From Eledone cirrhosa (Eukaryota): a DNA stretch of 64,000 nt. This document shows positions 37,085 through 51,564 of this stretch, piece by piece. Position 1 is the first letter of the stretch, and each line of letters begins with the position of its first letter. Location of the stretch: assembly GCA_964016885.1 (NCBI GenBank), contig OZ024744.1, forward strand, positions 63,550,001 to 63,614,000, given 5' to 3'. The notes beneath the pieces were generated by a model that was not told where the DNA came from, made no database searches, and saw nothing but the letters and a program-made list of their open reading frames with translations. A program made the position numbers and the translations under genes.

Positions 37085-37474
37085 TAAAAAATAAAACAGA
37101 CATGTAGCCTTATAGATACCAACTGACAAGAATACATTTGTAAAAAAAATGGAAAAACTGTCAAAATACAAAGATCCGGAAATAGAAATCAACCACATGT
37201 GGAGGATGACCACAAACACTATCCCTGTGGTAATAGGAACATTAGGATTAATACCAAAATCATCAGACCTACACCCTAGCATCCTTCCCTGCAAGATCAA
37301 CAAAAATGAGCTACAGAAGATCAGGCTACTAGGAACAGTACACATTCCCAGACGAGTTCTCTCTCTACAATGAAAACATCTATTGCCCTAGGTTCAAGGT
37401 CTGAACATGACAATAGAGAAACAGAACTGATCTAAACAGAATAACACAACAATGATAATAATGATAATGATGAT

Positions 37475-39150
37475 GATTTCTTTATTTACCACAAAGTGTT
37501 TATAAAAAAATACATTAAGGACAGCACAGGACGGTACAGGACCACACAATGTGGGTTTCTGTGTGTAAAAATGAGTATAAAACAAAAACAAAGGATGTAA
37601 AAAAAAATAAAAAAAAATAGAAGCAAAAGAAAATTCCCCAATAGTGGGGAGACTTCCAAAAGTTATTCATGGAGAAGGCCCACAAAAGGCACAGTCACCC
37701 ATACCGTCAGCGCAAATTGCCCTCTCCCAGGTGCCGTCCCTCAATCTACAGGCTCATTCAGGCAATTTTCGCCTCTTTCACCCACCTTTCAACAAATTGC
37801 TTTGAAAGCAGCACTTCCCTCTCCATCCTCATTTTCCTCTTTAAATGAAACCTGAAAAAGTTAATCAAGGGCTTGCCGAAGATGAAAGTCCTATCTGGTG
37901 CGTCCACCATACGATCTCCTTCACCATGGCCCCAGCAACACTTCCTGATAGCACTGCTAGGCCAGGTATTTCTGGAAGTTATCCATAGACTCTTGATCGA
38001 AAGTCCTGTGGAAAAGAATGGCTAGTTGATTTTCGTTGATGCCCAGAGTTTCCCCGTAATGATGATGATGATATCTTTATTAACCACAGAGGATTTACAA
38101 AAAAAAAAAAACATACATTAAGGACAGCACAGGATGGTACAATATGGGTTTCTTCCTGTAAAAAAAAAAACAAGAATGATAAAAAAAAAATTTAAATTAA
38201 TACAAAAGAAAAATTCCCCAATAGGGAAGGGGGACCACCAAGGGTTATTCGTGGAGAAAATCTACAAAAAGCTAGTCACCCTGAACACTAGGGAAAGCAC
38301 CCTCTCACAGTTGTCCTTCTCCAAAACTACAGCCTCACACGCAAGGCAGGCCCATTCCCACAGGCCAGTCTCACCTCTCTCACCCACCTTTCAACAAAGT
38401 GGCTGGAAGACAGCACATCTCCATTCTGATTTTCCATTTTAGGTGAAACCTGAAAAAGTCAATGAGAGCATCACCAAAGAGGAAAGTGCCTGTCTTCAAC
38501 GCTTTCAAATGTGTCCATCATATGCCACCATATCCACCAGGCAGATAACAATGGCTTTCACTTATCAGTTAAAGGAGGGCGATGGGGTGATCTTCATGGT
38601 GGACTCAGCCGGATCTGTCCTACACACGACATCAGATGTTTGACATAAACTCACAAGTCAGTGATACTTGGACATTGGATGAGTGCACACAGGACAGTTT
38701 CCTCACCCCACGTGCATCTCAAACAGGCGTGGCTGATTGCACTTCCATCCCAGTAAAGTTTATCTCGAAATGGCAACATTCCCTGGTAACAGTGCCAGCC
38801 CAGGGATTTCTGTAAGTTATCCATTGGCCCTGGACTGAAAGTCCTCCAGAAAAGAGAGGCTAGTTGGTTTTCATTGACACTCAGTTTCTCCAAGAATGTC
38901 ATTGTTTTTGTTCATTTCTACAGGATGCCAAGGTGAAGTTTCCACTGATAGCAATGGTTGATTGGCAAAGGGCTTTGATTGCTTGAAGATATTCCAGTTT
39001 CTAAGCGCTCCCTCTTGGTCTCTGCTTGACTCAGGATTGCAGCTCTTTCAAAGGGACAAGCTGGGGAAAAACATGCCTAGCCAAAGGTGAACACACCTGT
39101 TCACCGTCGAGGAACATCTGGAGATGCCGTAGCCTTATTACATGTCAGTG
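37475..39150 (-). mobile_element. Two tandem L1/Tx1-like LINE 3' fragments (about 37475-38060 and 38075-39150)
   Basis: MDNLQKSLGWHCYQGMLPFRDKL...CLRC...EETVLCALIQC (zf-RVT-like); both share the 3' end gtgctgtccttaatgta...gtggt.aataaag. Confidence 0.7.
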
Positions 39151-39551
39151 CAAATAATAAGTCCACTATTTATTTATAAGTTTAAAACTCGTTTTGGTAT
39201 TCTAAAAGACTCAATTTTGTTTTTTGAGATTTAAGGAAACCCCTTATTCATTTTTGCCTTTAGGTGAAGAAATTACAAAAACATTTGTTTTGATAAATTC
39301 AAACAACAAAAATAAGAGGATGTCAAAAATTTCTCCTGCCTCTCTTTCACTCTGTATTTCCTTGACATTGTTAAAGAACACAGGTATTTATATTTTGTTT
39401 ACATATTTTGTTCCATAGATAATTTGCCTAAATGACCGGATAGAATTTCTTTCACAGATGTATACAAATTTTGAAAGTAATAACTTCCCATAAACTGCAC
39501 ATTTTCAAAAAGGGCAAACAGAAAGAACAAACTAACTGTACCATAAATAAT

Positions 39552-39740
39552 CGTTTCTACTTTTGGAAGAATTATCAGCAATTATCCCAGTGTATTACTG
39601 GTACTTTATTTTATCGACCCTGTAAGGTGAAAGGCAAAGTTAACCTCGGCGGGATTTGAACTCAGACCACAAAGGGCCGTAACTCTTTGCTGCAAAGCAT
39701 GGTGTTCAACCCTCTGCCGATACTGCCAATACACCACCCT
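39552..39740 (-). mobile_element. S1 SINE; further copies at about 40590-40778, 40820-41120, 45145-45635, 50307-50580 and 55800-55990
   Basis: 17-bp TSD actgtaccataaataat at 39535-39551 and 39741-39757. Confidence 0.9.
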
Positions 39741-41289
39741 ACTGTACCATAAATAATGCCTTCTCTATTGTGTCCATCAGGGCCACTGGGCAGCCAGTAC
39801 GTGGGCCACCATTTGCTCATAATAGTGAGAGATGGGGAGGCCGGGAGGGACGGAGGTAGTGACAGTGGGAGTTTGGTTCTTTTGTGTTCAGACCTTGTGT
39901 ATATGTATATGTTTATTTATCGCACCATGTTACATATGGACATTTAACTGATCATCGGAGATAACTACGATATATAACAAGGCCATACATCACTACCAGT
40001 ACCTCTACTACCACTACCATCACCACCATTACTACCATCACCACCACCCCTTCTGTTAAAATAGCTTGACAAGACTTGATAGCAACCCTAGCAACCTCGA
40101 AGGAAGAGGAGACATCAATCTATTTATAGACTGATATTGGTGATCTTTACCCAGTCAAAACAAGCAATCAGAATAATCAAACCACTGCCAAAACTAGCAC
40201 TGCCATTGCCTTTGTGATAGCCGGAATAATATTTTTTTCCTTTTGTAAGATTTCTCTAGTAATCTGTTGCTAGGGGAAGACTGTTAATTAGCCTCAGATC
40301 AGTCCCTGATCTCAGAGGCTCAATATATCGCGTAGGATTCTGGCAGTGCTAGTGATGGTAGAAATTTGGGTACTGCCTATGAAGTCAGGGATCCCAAGGC
40401 ATTTAGGGACCATGCCTAGTGATCCAATGACGTTTGGCACAACTTCTCTCTCTACATGGTACTCAGTTCTAATAGTGCCTGCAAGGTCTACTTATTGATC
40501 TTTTCCATTCCCTTTTCAGCTCCATTGTGGTCTTGAGGGATCGCAATATCAATTAGAACTCATTTTGGGGGTTGTTTGTTTTTACAATATTGTTTCTACT
40601 TTTGGCACAAGGCCAGCAATTATCCCAGCGCATTACTGGTACTTTATTTTATCGACCCCGTAAGGATGAAAGGCAAAGTTAACCTCGGCGGGATTTGAAC
40701 TCAGACCATAAAGGGCCGTAATTCTTTGCTGCAAAGCATGGCGTCCGGCCCTCTACTGATACTGTCAATCCCCCGCCCTACAATATTTTTTTTTTTCAAT
40801 ATAATAATAATAATAATAATTGTTTCTACTTTAGACACAAAGTCAGCAATTTTGTGGGGAAGGGAAAATCGATTAAATCAACTCTGACGCTCTATCGATT
40901 CTGCCAATCCACAGCCCTCTTATAATGATTTCTACTTTAGGCACAAGGCCAGTAATTTTTATGGAGGTTTGGGGAGGGGAAAGTCGATTAAATCGATCCC
41001 AGTACATTACTGGTACTTTATTTTATCAACCCCTTAAGGATGAAAGGCAAAGCTAACCTCGGCGGGGTTTGAACTCAGAACATAAAGGGACACAACTCTA
41101 TACCACAAAGCATATTGTCTGACAATAGTGATAATTCCTTTAATGGTGATAATGATAAAGACACTCTTTAGCTAGGTAAAACAAGTTATATAGAGATGGT
41201 ATCTGAATAACAAAGCTCATGGGAAGGAAAACCCTGCAAATCACTCTCATGGAATCATAATGCAAAACAATAATGAAATACTTAACGAC

Positions 41290-44200
41290 GTAAATGAAGC
41301 TGGAACCAAATATGGTGACGGTCTCATGCCCGGCATGTTTGGAACTGTCCTTAACAGAGAAGGTGATTTGGTCCTGGACGGTCATTACCAAGCAACAGAC
41401 CCCACAAAAAAAATGTGCGCACAGCTAAACACAAGTGGATGAAGGAAGAGTACACTACACTCATTGAATGTCATGAAAGAGTAAAACTGGAAGGAAGCCA
41501 TGGAGTACTATGACGTACTTTGGACTTTTGGATGGAAAAGACATGTTTTTGATGTCAGAAAGTAAACTAGTGTATCAAGTGAGGACAATTAGGAGGAAGG
41601 GTTGGTTAACTGAGGTAGAAATATCTCAGATTAGTGAATGTTTAAGGGAACCTGTAGATAAGCAACAAAAGGAGGCTAGAGAAGAAGCTGAAGCTATTTC
41701 TACAGTTAAAGTCAGAAAGAAAAATAGTCAATGGGACACAGGGAAATTATGATGAGACTGTTATGGATGCTGAAGAAAAAAGTTATAGATTGAACCCTAA
41801 TACTGCTGCAAATGGTTACATAAGAGGGATCGGATGCAATGTGTGGGTGGGGAGACTGTGGTAGTATGGACATGTGATGTGTATGGAGGACGACAGCTGC
41901 ATAAAAACGAAAAAGAAAAACATATCCTAGTGAAAGCACAAAGACTTGAGAGATATGAGAAAAGAAGTAACTTCTTTAGACAGAATAAGACTGTCTGAGA
42001 AGATCCAAAAATGTTCTTCAGAGATATGGGAAAAAAGAAAGTAGAAATAAACCAAACACCTAAAATTGAAGAAATGGAAGATTTGTGGAGCCAAATGTGG
42101 GAAAGTAAGAACACCACAAAGAGGAAACACTTTGGAGTAAAAAAACAGCAAGATTAAAACAAGAACAAAGATTCTCATGAATGGTCAGATATCAATGTCT
42201 CAAAGACCACAAATATTGTCATGAAGACCAACAATTGGTAGCTACATGGACTTGATGGGATCACAGATTTTTAGATAAAAAAAGAATCTACCAAGTATCC
42301 ACCAAAACATAACCAATGTATACAACTATAGTGTAGAAATTTCCTGATGATTATTCAGACTGACTCACACGAGGTATAACTTACCTGCTTCTTAAGATAG
42401 AAGACACAGAAACCACAGAAAATTACAGATCTATTACCTATCTACCAGTGACATATAAAATTCTTACCTCGGTTATCAATGAGAGAATCTACACCTTTTC
42501 AAACAACTTTCTTTCAGCAGATCAGAAAGGGTGTAGGGGAGGAAACTATGGGTGCAAAATCCAGCTGCTCATAAATAAATACATTCTTGAAGAATTCCCT
42601 ATAGCAACATATTTCATAAAAGAGAACATGATCAAAACAAGAATGTTCTTCTTGGCAATACTCCCACGATTTTTCATATACCTCCCACAGTGTGAATATT
42701 TGTCAGCTGTGCTGCAACCAGGGCAAAAACCACACTGTTCATCAGCTAGCTTGGACTCAACAATCTCCCTGCATCTCTTTGCCAGACACTTAGCATAGAC
42801 TTTACTGGGTAGGCTTAACAAGGAGATCGCTCTGTAATTGGAATAATCTCTCCTGTCTTCCTTTTTGAAAATAGGGATTATCACCAAGTGTGTAGCTCGG
42901 AGATCAGAATGTCACTCCAGGTAGAGCCGCTACTTCTCCAAATTGAGAGATCACAGCTCCTATACTATGGGCATGTGGTTAGAATGTCTCAGGAAAAAAT
43001 TACTGGACAGATTTTATGGGCAAAACCAACTGGCAAGAGACCAAGGGGTAGACCCTGATAAAAATAGTTGGATAACATCCATGAGCTTTGGTTGGTCTCA
43101 CTTGGGAATTCAGCTGGATCAAATGGAGACGGTTGCTTCTGACAGAACCCGGTGGAAGGAGTGTTTGGGGACTCTCTGCTGCTCCCGCAACTCTCCCAGG
43201 AGGAGGAGGGGGAGAAGAAGAAGAAGAAGAAGAAGAAGAAGAAGAAGAAGAAGAAGAAGAAGAAGAAGAAGAAGAAGAAGAAGAAGAAGAAGAGGAGGAG
43301 GAGGAAGAGGAGAAGGGTCATTAACTTCAAGGAGACTCAATCTCTCTACTACTTTACTTTATTGTGAGAGCACAACTACCCACTTTATTCAACAACAGCA
43401 ACTACGTGTATGAAAGAGAATATAGCAAATTGAAACATCTGTTTTATATGGATGATTTGAAAAACTCTGCTAAAAACGATACCCAACAAGCTGGCCTACT
43501 AATCATTGCAAAGAGCTTCAGTGACGACATTAAAATAGTGTTTGGATTAGATAAGTGTGCTACAGCTATGTTCAAGAGAGTAAAGCTTACCATGATATGA
43601 AACATACACCTTCACAATATCATCGAAATCAAGGAGCTTGACTGGGAAGGCATATACAGGTAGATATAGGTGAATGAAGGAAATGGCATGCAATACTCTA
43701 CAATGAAAGAGAAAATTGGGAAAGAGTATATTAAAGATAGAACTAAATACATCAAATGCATTTGAAGCTATCAATAGACTGACTATACCTGTAGTAATGT
43801 ACATTTTCAACATCATTAATTGAACAATGAGTGAAATTAAGAAACTGGACACTAAAACAAAGAAACTGCTGACAAAAACCAAGATGGACCATGTAAAAGC
43901 AGATGTTGAAAGAATTTACCTACCAAGAGCAGAGGGAGATAGAGGTCTGATGCAACTCGAACTAACCTACAAAACCACTATCATAGGTCTAGACACCTCA
44001 CCTCTCAACATCACAAGACTCCCATCTAGGAATTGTCAAACATTGCAAATGCAGGAAGAAGCTATATTCAATCAGGAAAAAGTTGAAAAAATTCTTGCAA
44101 GGACTCAATATTCCTGAATTAACACAAAATGAAAACAAAACAACATTTTTTTACTTGTAGAATAAAATAAGAGGCAAAACATCAAGGTCAACAATTAAGG

Positions 44201-44880
44201 AAAATCTGAGAAGAAAAGTTTATTTATAGAAAATATACACAAAGGATTAAAGAGACAGATGTTGACCAACAACAGATACATCACTGGCTCAAAGGTATTG
44301 GACTCAAGGCAAAGATAAAGGGCTTTATCACTGCTGCCCAAGATAAAAGTTTTAGCACAAGATCATACTACTCTCACATCACCAAGGTAGGTATGAACAA
44401 AATGTCTAAGTTATATGGGTCCTTTCAGGAAAGTATTAATTAAATTATATTTGGCTGTCTAATATTGCAGAAAAACGAATATATCCACCGACACAACAAT
44501 CTATAGGGGATATAATATAACATTAAAATCCTTGAAAACTGGTATGATTATAAACCAGAAACAGTTGCCAAGAATAACAATGTTACAATCCTATGGGATA
44601 TGTCAGTGCAGACAGATCAGAAAATCAAAGCAAACAGGCCAGACATCATAATTATAAAGGATAAAACCTGTATACTGATTAATGTCAATACCAGCAGAGT
44701 GTAACACATCAGTTAAATACATGGAAAACTGTTTAAATATAAGACCTTGAGATTGAGATCTTCAAAATATAGGACATGACCAGTCGAACCATATCAGTTA
44801 TGATCGGAGGAATTGGTCAATCAGAAAAAGACTGGAACAACGAAATCCAGGGGAACATCATCCAGAAAGAACTCCAAAAA
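41290..44880 (+). mobile_element. Long degenerate R4/Dong-like LINE with nested RTE pieces
   Basis: SESKLVYQVRTIRRKGWLTEVEI, NYRSITYLPVTYKILT, DQKGCRGG..GCK.QLLIN, HLFYMDDLK, FGLDKC, ERIYLPRAEGDRGL, ILWD..QTDQKIKANRPDII. Confidence 0.85.
42594..43315. mobile_element. Nested RTE LINE with an inverted 5' segment (42594-42886, minus), a 3' end (42887-43200, plus) and an (AAG)n tract
   Basis: Minus: IIPIFKKEDRRDYSNYRAISLLSLPSKVY..EQCGF. Plus: IERSQLLYYGHVVRM and TGKRPRGRP. Confidence 0.8.
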
Positions 44881-46517
44881 GCAATGGTGATGATAATGAT
44901 TTATTATATTAGCCATAAGGGCTCAAGAAATTGGGGACAATTCAAGGACAAAAACAACAGAGTGGAATTTACATTGTGTAAAAGAAATGGAACATCTCTA
45001 AAGGGAAAACAGTAGGTATAGCAAAGAATACTTTCAATACAATAGAAATAACACAAAAACGAAACAGGACATTCCCAAGGTGCACAGAGCTGTTCTTTGT
45101 AATGCAGTGACAGCTTGCAATAAAAATAAGTCTAATGATGACAATAAAGATTTCTAATATAGGCACAAGGCCAACAATTACCACAGTGCATTACTGGTGC
45201 TTATAATAACAACAACACTAATTTAGGCACAAGGCCAGCAATTTGAAGGGGAGGGGAGGGGATTACATCATCCACAATGCATTACTGGTACTTTATTTTA
45301 TCAAACCCCATAAGGATGAAAGGCAAAGTTAATCTTGGTAGGATTTGAACGCAGAACATAAAGGGCTGTAACTCTCTGCTGTGAAGCAGGTTGTTCGATG
45401 CTCTACCAATATTGCCAATCCACTGCCCTACTGATGATGATAATAGCTGTTTCTACTTTTGGCACAAGGCCAGCAATTACCCCAGTGCATTACTGGTACT
45501 TTATTTTATTGACTCCGTAAGGATGAAAGGCAAAGTTAACCTCGGCAGGATTTGAACTCAGAACGTATAGGGCCGTAACTCTGCTGCGAAGCAGGTTGTC
45601 TGACGCTCTACCAATACTGCCAATCCACCGCCCTTCTGATGTTGATAATATATACAAACAGAAACATAAACAAACAGAAGAAACAACAAGGACAACAAAG
45701 AGGAGATTCAGAGGGTAAGAGTCATCAATAAGGTCACTGTGACAAAAGGACTTTGATAATTAAATATTTAGTTGATTAATCAACTGATGGATTGATTCAT
45801 TTAGTTAATAAAAACTGATGAGAAACTCAGTTGGTGTGTGCTTATTGGCAGCATGACCCTCCCAAAGTACAACGAAGTAGTAGGGTTTGTGGTTGAGGTA
45901 TGTTCAGTATATCCTGTGTCTGCACATTCTAATGAGTTCCAATTAGTTAAATCTTCAACAAATTGATGACCAGGAATCCTTAGGCATAATGGTTAAATTC
46001 ACTTACCTAGCATACGAGAGATTCATGGTTCAATTCCTGCAGGTGTCTCTATACCCTTTATTCTTATCTCCTGGTGTACTTTACCTGACTTATTCAACTA
46101 TTATCTATAGTTATCGGCATTGTGGCAACTATATTTTCAAATATTCCAATGCTTCATAAGTTAACCAAATGTTTATATAGAAACCATGCCAAAAGAGGTT
46201 AAAAGGATACTTCAGTCACAAAACGACAACCTCTCTAGTGCTGGTGCCACAAATAGTGTATCCAATGCACCCCCCATAAGGTGGTTGGTTGGCTGGTTAG
46301 TTGGTAATACAAAAGGCATCCAGCTGTAGAAAACATGCCAAAAAAGGGTTAAAAGGACTCTTCAATTGTGCCAAAGACACAATTAGCTCACAAGTGCTGG
46401 TACTGCAATAAAGGGTTTAGTGCACTGTGACAGTGCAAGACCAATTGCTCTAATTACATACTGACTTGGTCTGTGATGACCCACCCAATCCTTGCCAGCA
46501 GGAAAAATGAATGTTAA

Positions 46518-46549
<32 letters not shown>

Positions 46550-46849
46550 ACTGATGATGATTCTCCTACTTTAGTCCCTTGCCAGCATGAAAAGACAAAT
46601 GTTTCCTCCACTTTAGCCACCCACACCATTTCTCACTCACATTCCTCCCTCATTGTCCAACCCATGTCAGCATGGAAAATAGATGTTCAAATGTGATGAT
46701 AATGGGGTGGGTGGATTAGTGATGACGACGATGATGATGATGATGATGATGATGACAACAACAATGATGATTGACAACGATGATGATAATGATGTATATT
46801 CAGCTTTTCTCTCAGTTCATTGATACTTCGTCATTTAGGCAGACTGCTA

Positions 46850-47190
46850 TTACAGATCCATCAGAGCATGCTTGCTCTATTTTTTTCTAATCTTCACAAA
46901 TCGTTAAGGCTCAACTCTCACTTCCATACAGCATCAGAGTTCTCACACAAACACAATACAACCTGCCTTTATAGCCAGCAGAAATAGTTGCTCCCTGAAC
47001 TTTTCCCATTTAGTCCTCACTATACTTTCAGAATACCTATTCCCACTGCTAGTTAAGTCACCTGGGTAACAAAAGCTGTCAACTATTTCTAATGAGCTAT
47101 CTGAGCATGTATAATGTCTATTTCATGTGACCTTTTGCTGCTTACTACTCAGTGTTGGTATGGACAAGTGATGTGTATGAAAGGTGACAT
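46850..47190 (-). mobile_element. Old RTE fragment
   Basis: Resembles the YLGD..SES....WEKFRE region of the 59776-61230 ORF. Confidence 0.6.
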
Positions 47191-48831
47191 TTTCATTTTT
47201 CATTCATTTCATTTTACGTCTACTTTTCCCTGCTTGCAAGGGTGGGACGGGAACTGATTCTGGCATGATTTCTACAGCTGGATGCCCTTCCTAACACCAA
47301 CCTCATTTACAGTGAGTGCTGGGTGCTTTTTTTGCCGTGGCACCTCCACGACCACTTTGCAGTGGAATGATAGAAACCCCAGTCCTATCATCTCATTTCT
47401 ACAGCTGAGTAAACTGGAGCAATGTGAAATAAAGTGTCTTGCTCAAGGAAACAACACATCACCCGGTCTGAGAATTGAACTCACAACCTTTCGATTGCAA
47501 GGCCAATGCTCTAACCACTAAGCCATGTGCCTCCACTGACAGTTACATAAAAAAAGTAATAGATTTAAGAAAACTTGGGATAATGTGTAAATAGTGACAT
47601 GACATGAAGGAGATTACGCAGGAGTCGACCAGTGATACCACAGAAGATTTGCCTTTGAACACAAGCCAGATGAAACATGAATAGGAAGGAGGGTTGTAAA
47701 GAAGTAGGTAGGAATAACAACATTTTTGGTCCCTTTCTGCCAATATGTCCCCTGCCACATGATCTAACACCCACCTAGTCTTCTTCTTCTCCCAACCTTG
47801 TCATTCTCTCTCCTCATTCACATCCTTGATTCCTTCTTCCCTATCCAACCCATGCCAACATGCAACGACAGCAACACTTTTGCATTGAACTCCCATTCAC
47901 ATCCCTGATTCTCCAGGACCACTTCGCATGTCCCAACACTTACTCTCCTCACCCCCACTCACATTCCTGATTCCCGGTACCACCCCATGACCTAAGAATT
48001 ATTACCCCCATTCACATCTCTGATTCTCATGTTTGCCAGCATAGAAAGATGGATGCACGCACCAATGTACTGCCAGATGTCTCTCATTTTCTTTAAGGTC
48101 AATTCTCTCTCTCACCTCCTACCTTTAGCAACTTCAACCCCACATTTCCATCACTACCCTTTTAGCCTGGTCAAGAACAACTCAAGTGCCCTAGTGTTGA
48201 AAAAGGCTAGTGCTAGTGTTACAATAAAAAGCACCCAGTCCACCTTGTCATGTGGTAGTGACAGTACCATGATAAAATGCACTCAGTACATGCTGTGAAT
48301 TGGTTGCTGTTAGGTAGGACATCCAAAAGTGGCAAACAAGCCCAAAACATGATATATGAGCTCGACGCAGTTACCTGATATGTCTAGCCTCAGAATGTGA
48401 CAATCCATTTAATTGATGCAAGCATGCAAAATAGATGTAAAATGGTGATACTGATATATAAATATATATAGGGTGAGGTCAGGCGTCTGCCTGCTACTGG
48501 TACTCTGTAACCCAGTACAAACTGGTTGAGTGGTAGGCGACTAAACCAGCTCCCCTACCAGAGCCTGGTCTGGTGAGGAGGGTAAGGGGAACCCCAGCAG
48601 AACAAAAAGAGCTGTTAAAAAAAGGGCAGATAAATTCCTCAGAATCAACAGCTATCCACCCCAACTATGGGTTGTTAAATAACCTCACCAACACACAATT
48701 GGCTAAGCGTGGTGAGTATGGCTACACCCTTACCATGACCAAAACCAAACAGAAAGTGGTAGAGATCAACCAAGGAGGGCTTCCTCTAACATGAATGAGG
48801 AGGCGCTGGATTAGATTGGATTGGATATATA

Positions 48832-48940
48832 TATTATAAAGAGTCGGGACCCAACAGCTGAGCTCTTGCCATTTCAACAGCTAGTTCCAGACTGTTGAAA
48901 TGGCAAGTGCTCAGCCATCGAGTCCCGATTCTTTATTATA
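48832..48940. repeat. Foldback inverted repeat with arms of about 49 bp and an 11-nt loop
   Basis: taaagagtcgggac...gctgagctcttgccatttcaacag / ctgttgaaatggcaagtgctcagc...gtcccgattcttta. Confidence 0.9.
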
Positions 48941-49519
48941 TAACCATACTCTACTACCCCAAGTATCGAGTACTCTATTTAGTAATGGTCTAATTTGTTT
49001 CAATCTAAATCTATCCTGATTTATATATATATGTATATCATCATCACCATTTAACGTCCATTTTTCCATGCTGGCATGGGTTAGACAAGTTATCCTGGTG
49101 TGAGCAATACTAGATCATGCTCATACAGAACTGATTTTTGCCTGGTTTCTACAGCTGGATGCGCTTCCTAGCGCTAACCTCATTTACAGTGAGTGCTGGG
49201 TGCTTTTTGTTGTGACACCTATACAACCACTCTACAATGTGGAGTGGGTGCTTTTTTGCCGTGACACCTATATGACCAATTTACAAAGCTGGCCACTTTT
49301 TACCGTGTCGACATAACGACCACTTTACAGTGTGGGCTGGGTGTTTTTTGTCATGTCGTCATCATGACTACTTTACAGTGGGCTGGAGGCTTCACTGGAT
49401 GTATATTTCAGCTTGTCCTCATGGGAGATGGCTCATTTCCAGCCTGTGCTTTGCTGATGTCATTGTGTCTAACCCATACTAGCATGAAAAATGGACGTTA
49501 AACAATGACAATGATAATG

Positions 49520-50250
49520 ATTGACCTATTAAAAAGCCATGAAACAGTACTCCAGGAGCTCACTACCAGACTAGAAAAAGTATCACACATATGGAATGGC
49601 AATCAGCTTAGAAAAAAGCAAGATTCTGGTTAATAGTCTTAATCAGAATATAGCAATCAACAGCCTGCTAAACAGAGGAGGACTTGAAGAAGTGGACTCC
49701 TTCAAGCATCTACTCTGACCAAAAAGGAGATACTGACAAGACTTGGCCTGACCTCTTCTGCCTGAATGTCATATGGAAAAGCAACTCCATTAGTTTTCAA
49801 ATGAAGCTCAAATTACACGAATCCTTAGCGACTTCCACCCTTTTATATGGGTGTGAGAGTTGAACTCTCACAGCTGACATAGAACGAAGAATCCAGTCAT
49901 TCAAGCACAAGTGCCTCAGAAGGTTGCTAAACATCCTGTACACAGAACACAAAACAAACAGCTTTGGCAGGCAGCAAGTTCACAAATATGCTGGCAGACA
50001 GGAACTACTCCTTACGTTGTTGAAAAATGGAATCTTGCTTGGTAATGTATCCAACTCCTTGTCTAAAACCATCCTTCAGGGCGCAGTCGAAGAAGAGACA
50101 AAGAAAATCATGATCTAACAACATCAAAGGCTAGACTGGTGACAACACCAAGGCCATTCTACGCATGACAGAGAATAGAGACTAATGGCGAGGGCCAGCT
50201 AGGAAAGTGTCTAGTGTGATACCCCAACGAGTGGCTGCACCAGCTGCGGG
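49520..50250 (+). mobile_element. Degenerate RTE LINE 3' part
   Basis: YGMAISLEKSKILVN, LEEVDSFK, LLYGCES, KCLRRLLNI, SKTILQG. Confidence 0.75.
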
Positions 50251-51014
50251 AACATAATTGATCGATATATAATACATGTGTTTATCAACATTATATTTGT
50301 AATGATTGGCAGACAGGGGTCGATAAAATAAAGTACCAGTAATACACTGAGATAATTGCTGGCCTTGTGCCAAAAGTAGAAACAATTATATTTGTAATGA
50401 TTGGCAGTATCGGTAGAGGGTCTGACGCCATGCTTTGCAGCAAAGAGTTACGGCCCTTGTCATTCTGAGTTCAAATCCCGCCGAGGTTAACTTTGCCTTT
50501 CATCCTTATGGGGGTCGATAAAATAAAGTACCAGTAATGCACTGGAATAATTGCTGGCCTGGTGCCAAAAGTAGAAACAATTATATTTGTAATGATCTTA
50601 TAAACGAATTGCGAGCAATTTACAATGTTATTTACGCATTTGTAATGTTATTTATGTATATATTTAAAACATATTTGTAATGTTATTTTTACAACTATGA
50701 ATAAAATATTTTAATGTATATGTGTGCGTGTATGTGAATATATTAAAAAAGTTCAAGTCTCTTCTAAGTCTGGAATCTCAAGCCAGAGCTTATTCCTGTT
50801 TCATTGGCTAAGCGACTTAGTGTACATGGACCACTCTCCCTGAAAAGGGCACCAGTCCACCGCATTGTTATACTCCGGCTACAACTGGTAATTATTCTCA
50901 GCTGAATTGACTAGTGCTTCGTTAAACGAAGTGTTTTGCTTCAATGCGTCTATATTTATAATCCACAAACAGCTTTGTGAAAAACAAAAGCAAAAAAAGG
51001 ATTATTATTTATTC

Positions 51015-51526
51015 TGCCCGTAAAACAACGGGTCACGTTCTACTAAGTAGTTTATATTGTCTACTTCAAACCTCGCGCCATCATCGAAACGTTTGAGGTC
51101 GGTTTGTTGCGGTCTGGCGGTCAGGACGTGATGTGTGCAAAACATGCGAATGACGTAACGGAAAGTGTGGATCACATGACCAACAGAAGCTGTGACGTTG
51201 TTAACTGATGCGGATTGTAAAGAAGACACAGTAGTGTAAAGATTTAGCTACTCTCAACAATCAAAGCAAATGAGATAGATAAGATCGATATATATATATA
51301 CACACATGCGCATATATTTACAGAAAGACTACAGATACTCACTCGTTTGGCTAAAAGAGTTTTCATCTTCTCGAAAGCAAAAGACGAAGTAGATAAGAAG
51401 AGTGAATGCAGTACATATCTTTAAGTTACCAGAAGTCTCACTTTTCTTTATCGGCGGGTGTCTTTAAGTATTGGCCGTAGATTTACCTATAATAGTCTGC
51501 AAGCCACAAGCTATTACACACTATTT

Positions 51527-51564
<38 letters not shown>

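Larger units (their letters stand above)
35465..37400 (+). mobile_element. R4/Dong-like LINE 3' part, split by a composite Helitron
   Basis: KPLHGRF, WLRSAGL, QDQSLNTR, CRIC, ILWD..TDREIAANRPDIII | KNK..., EKLSKYKD, IPVVIGTLG. Confidence 0.87.

Noticed and set aside
45715-45875. Relic of the second PLE family's terminus with an HHR-like remnant
   Set aside because: The 3' end matches 30080-30125, but both catalytic boxes are mutated, so it is not called a ribozyme.
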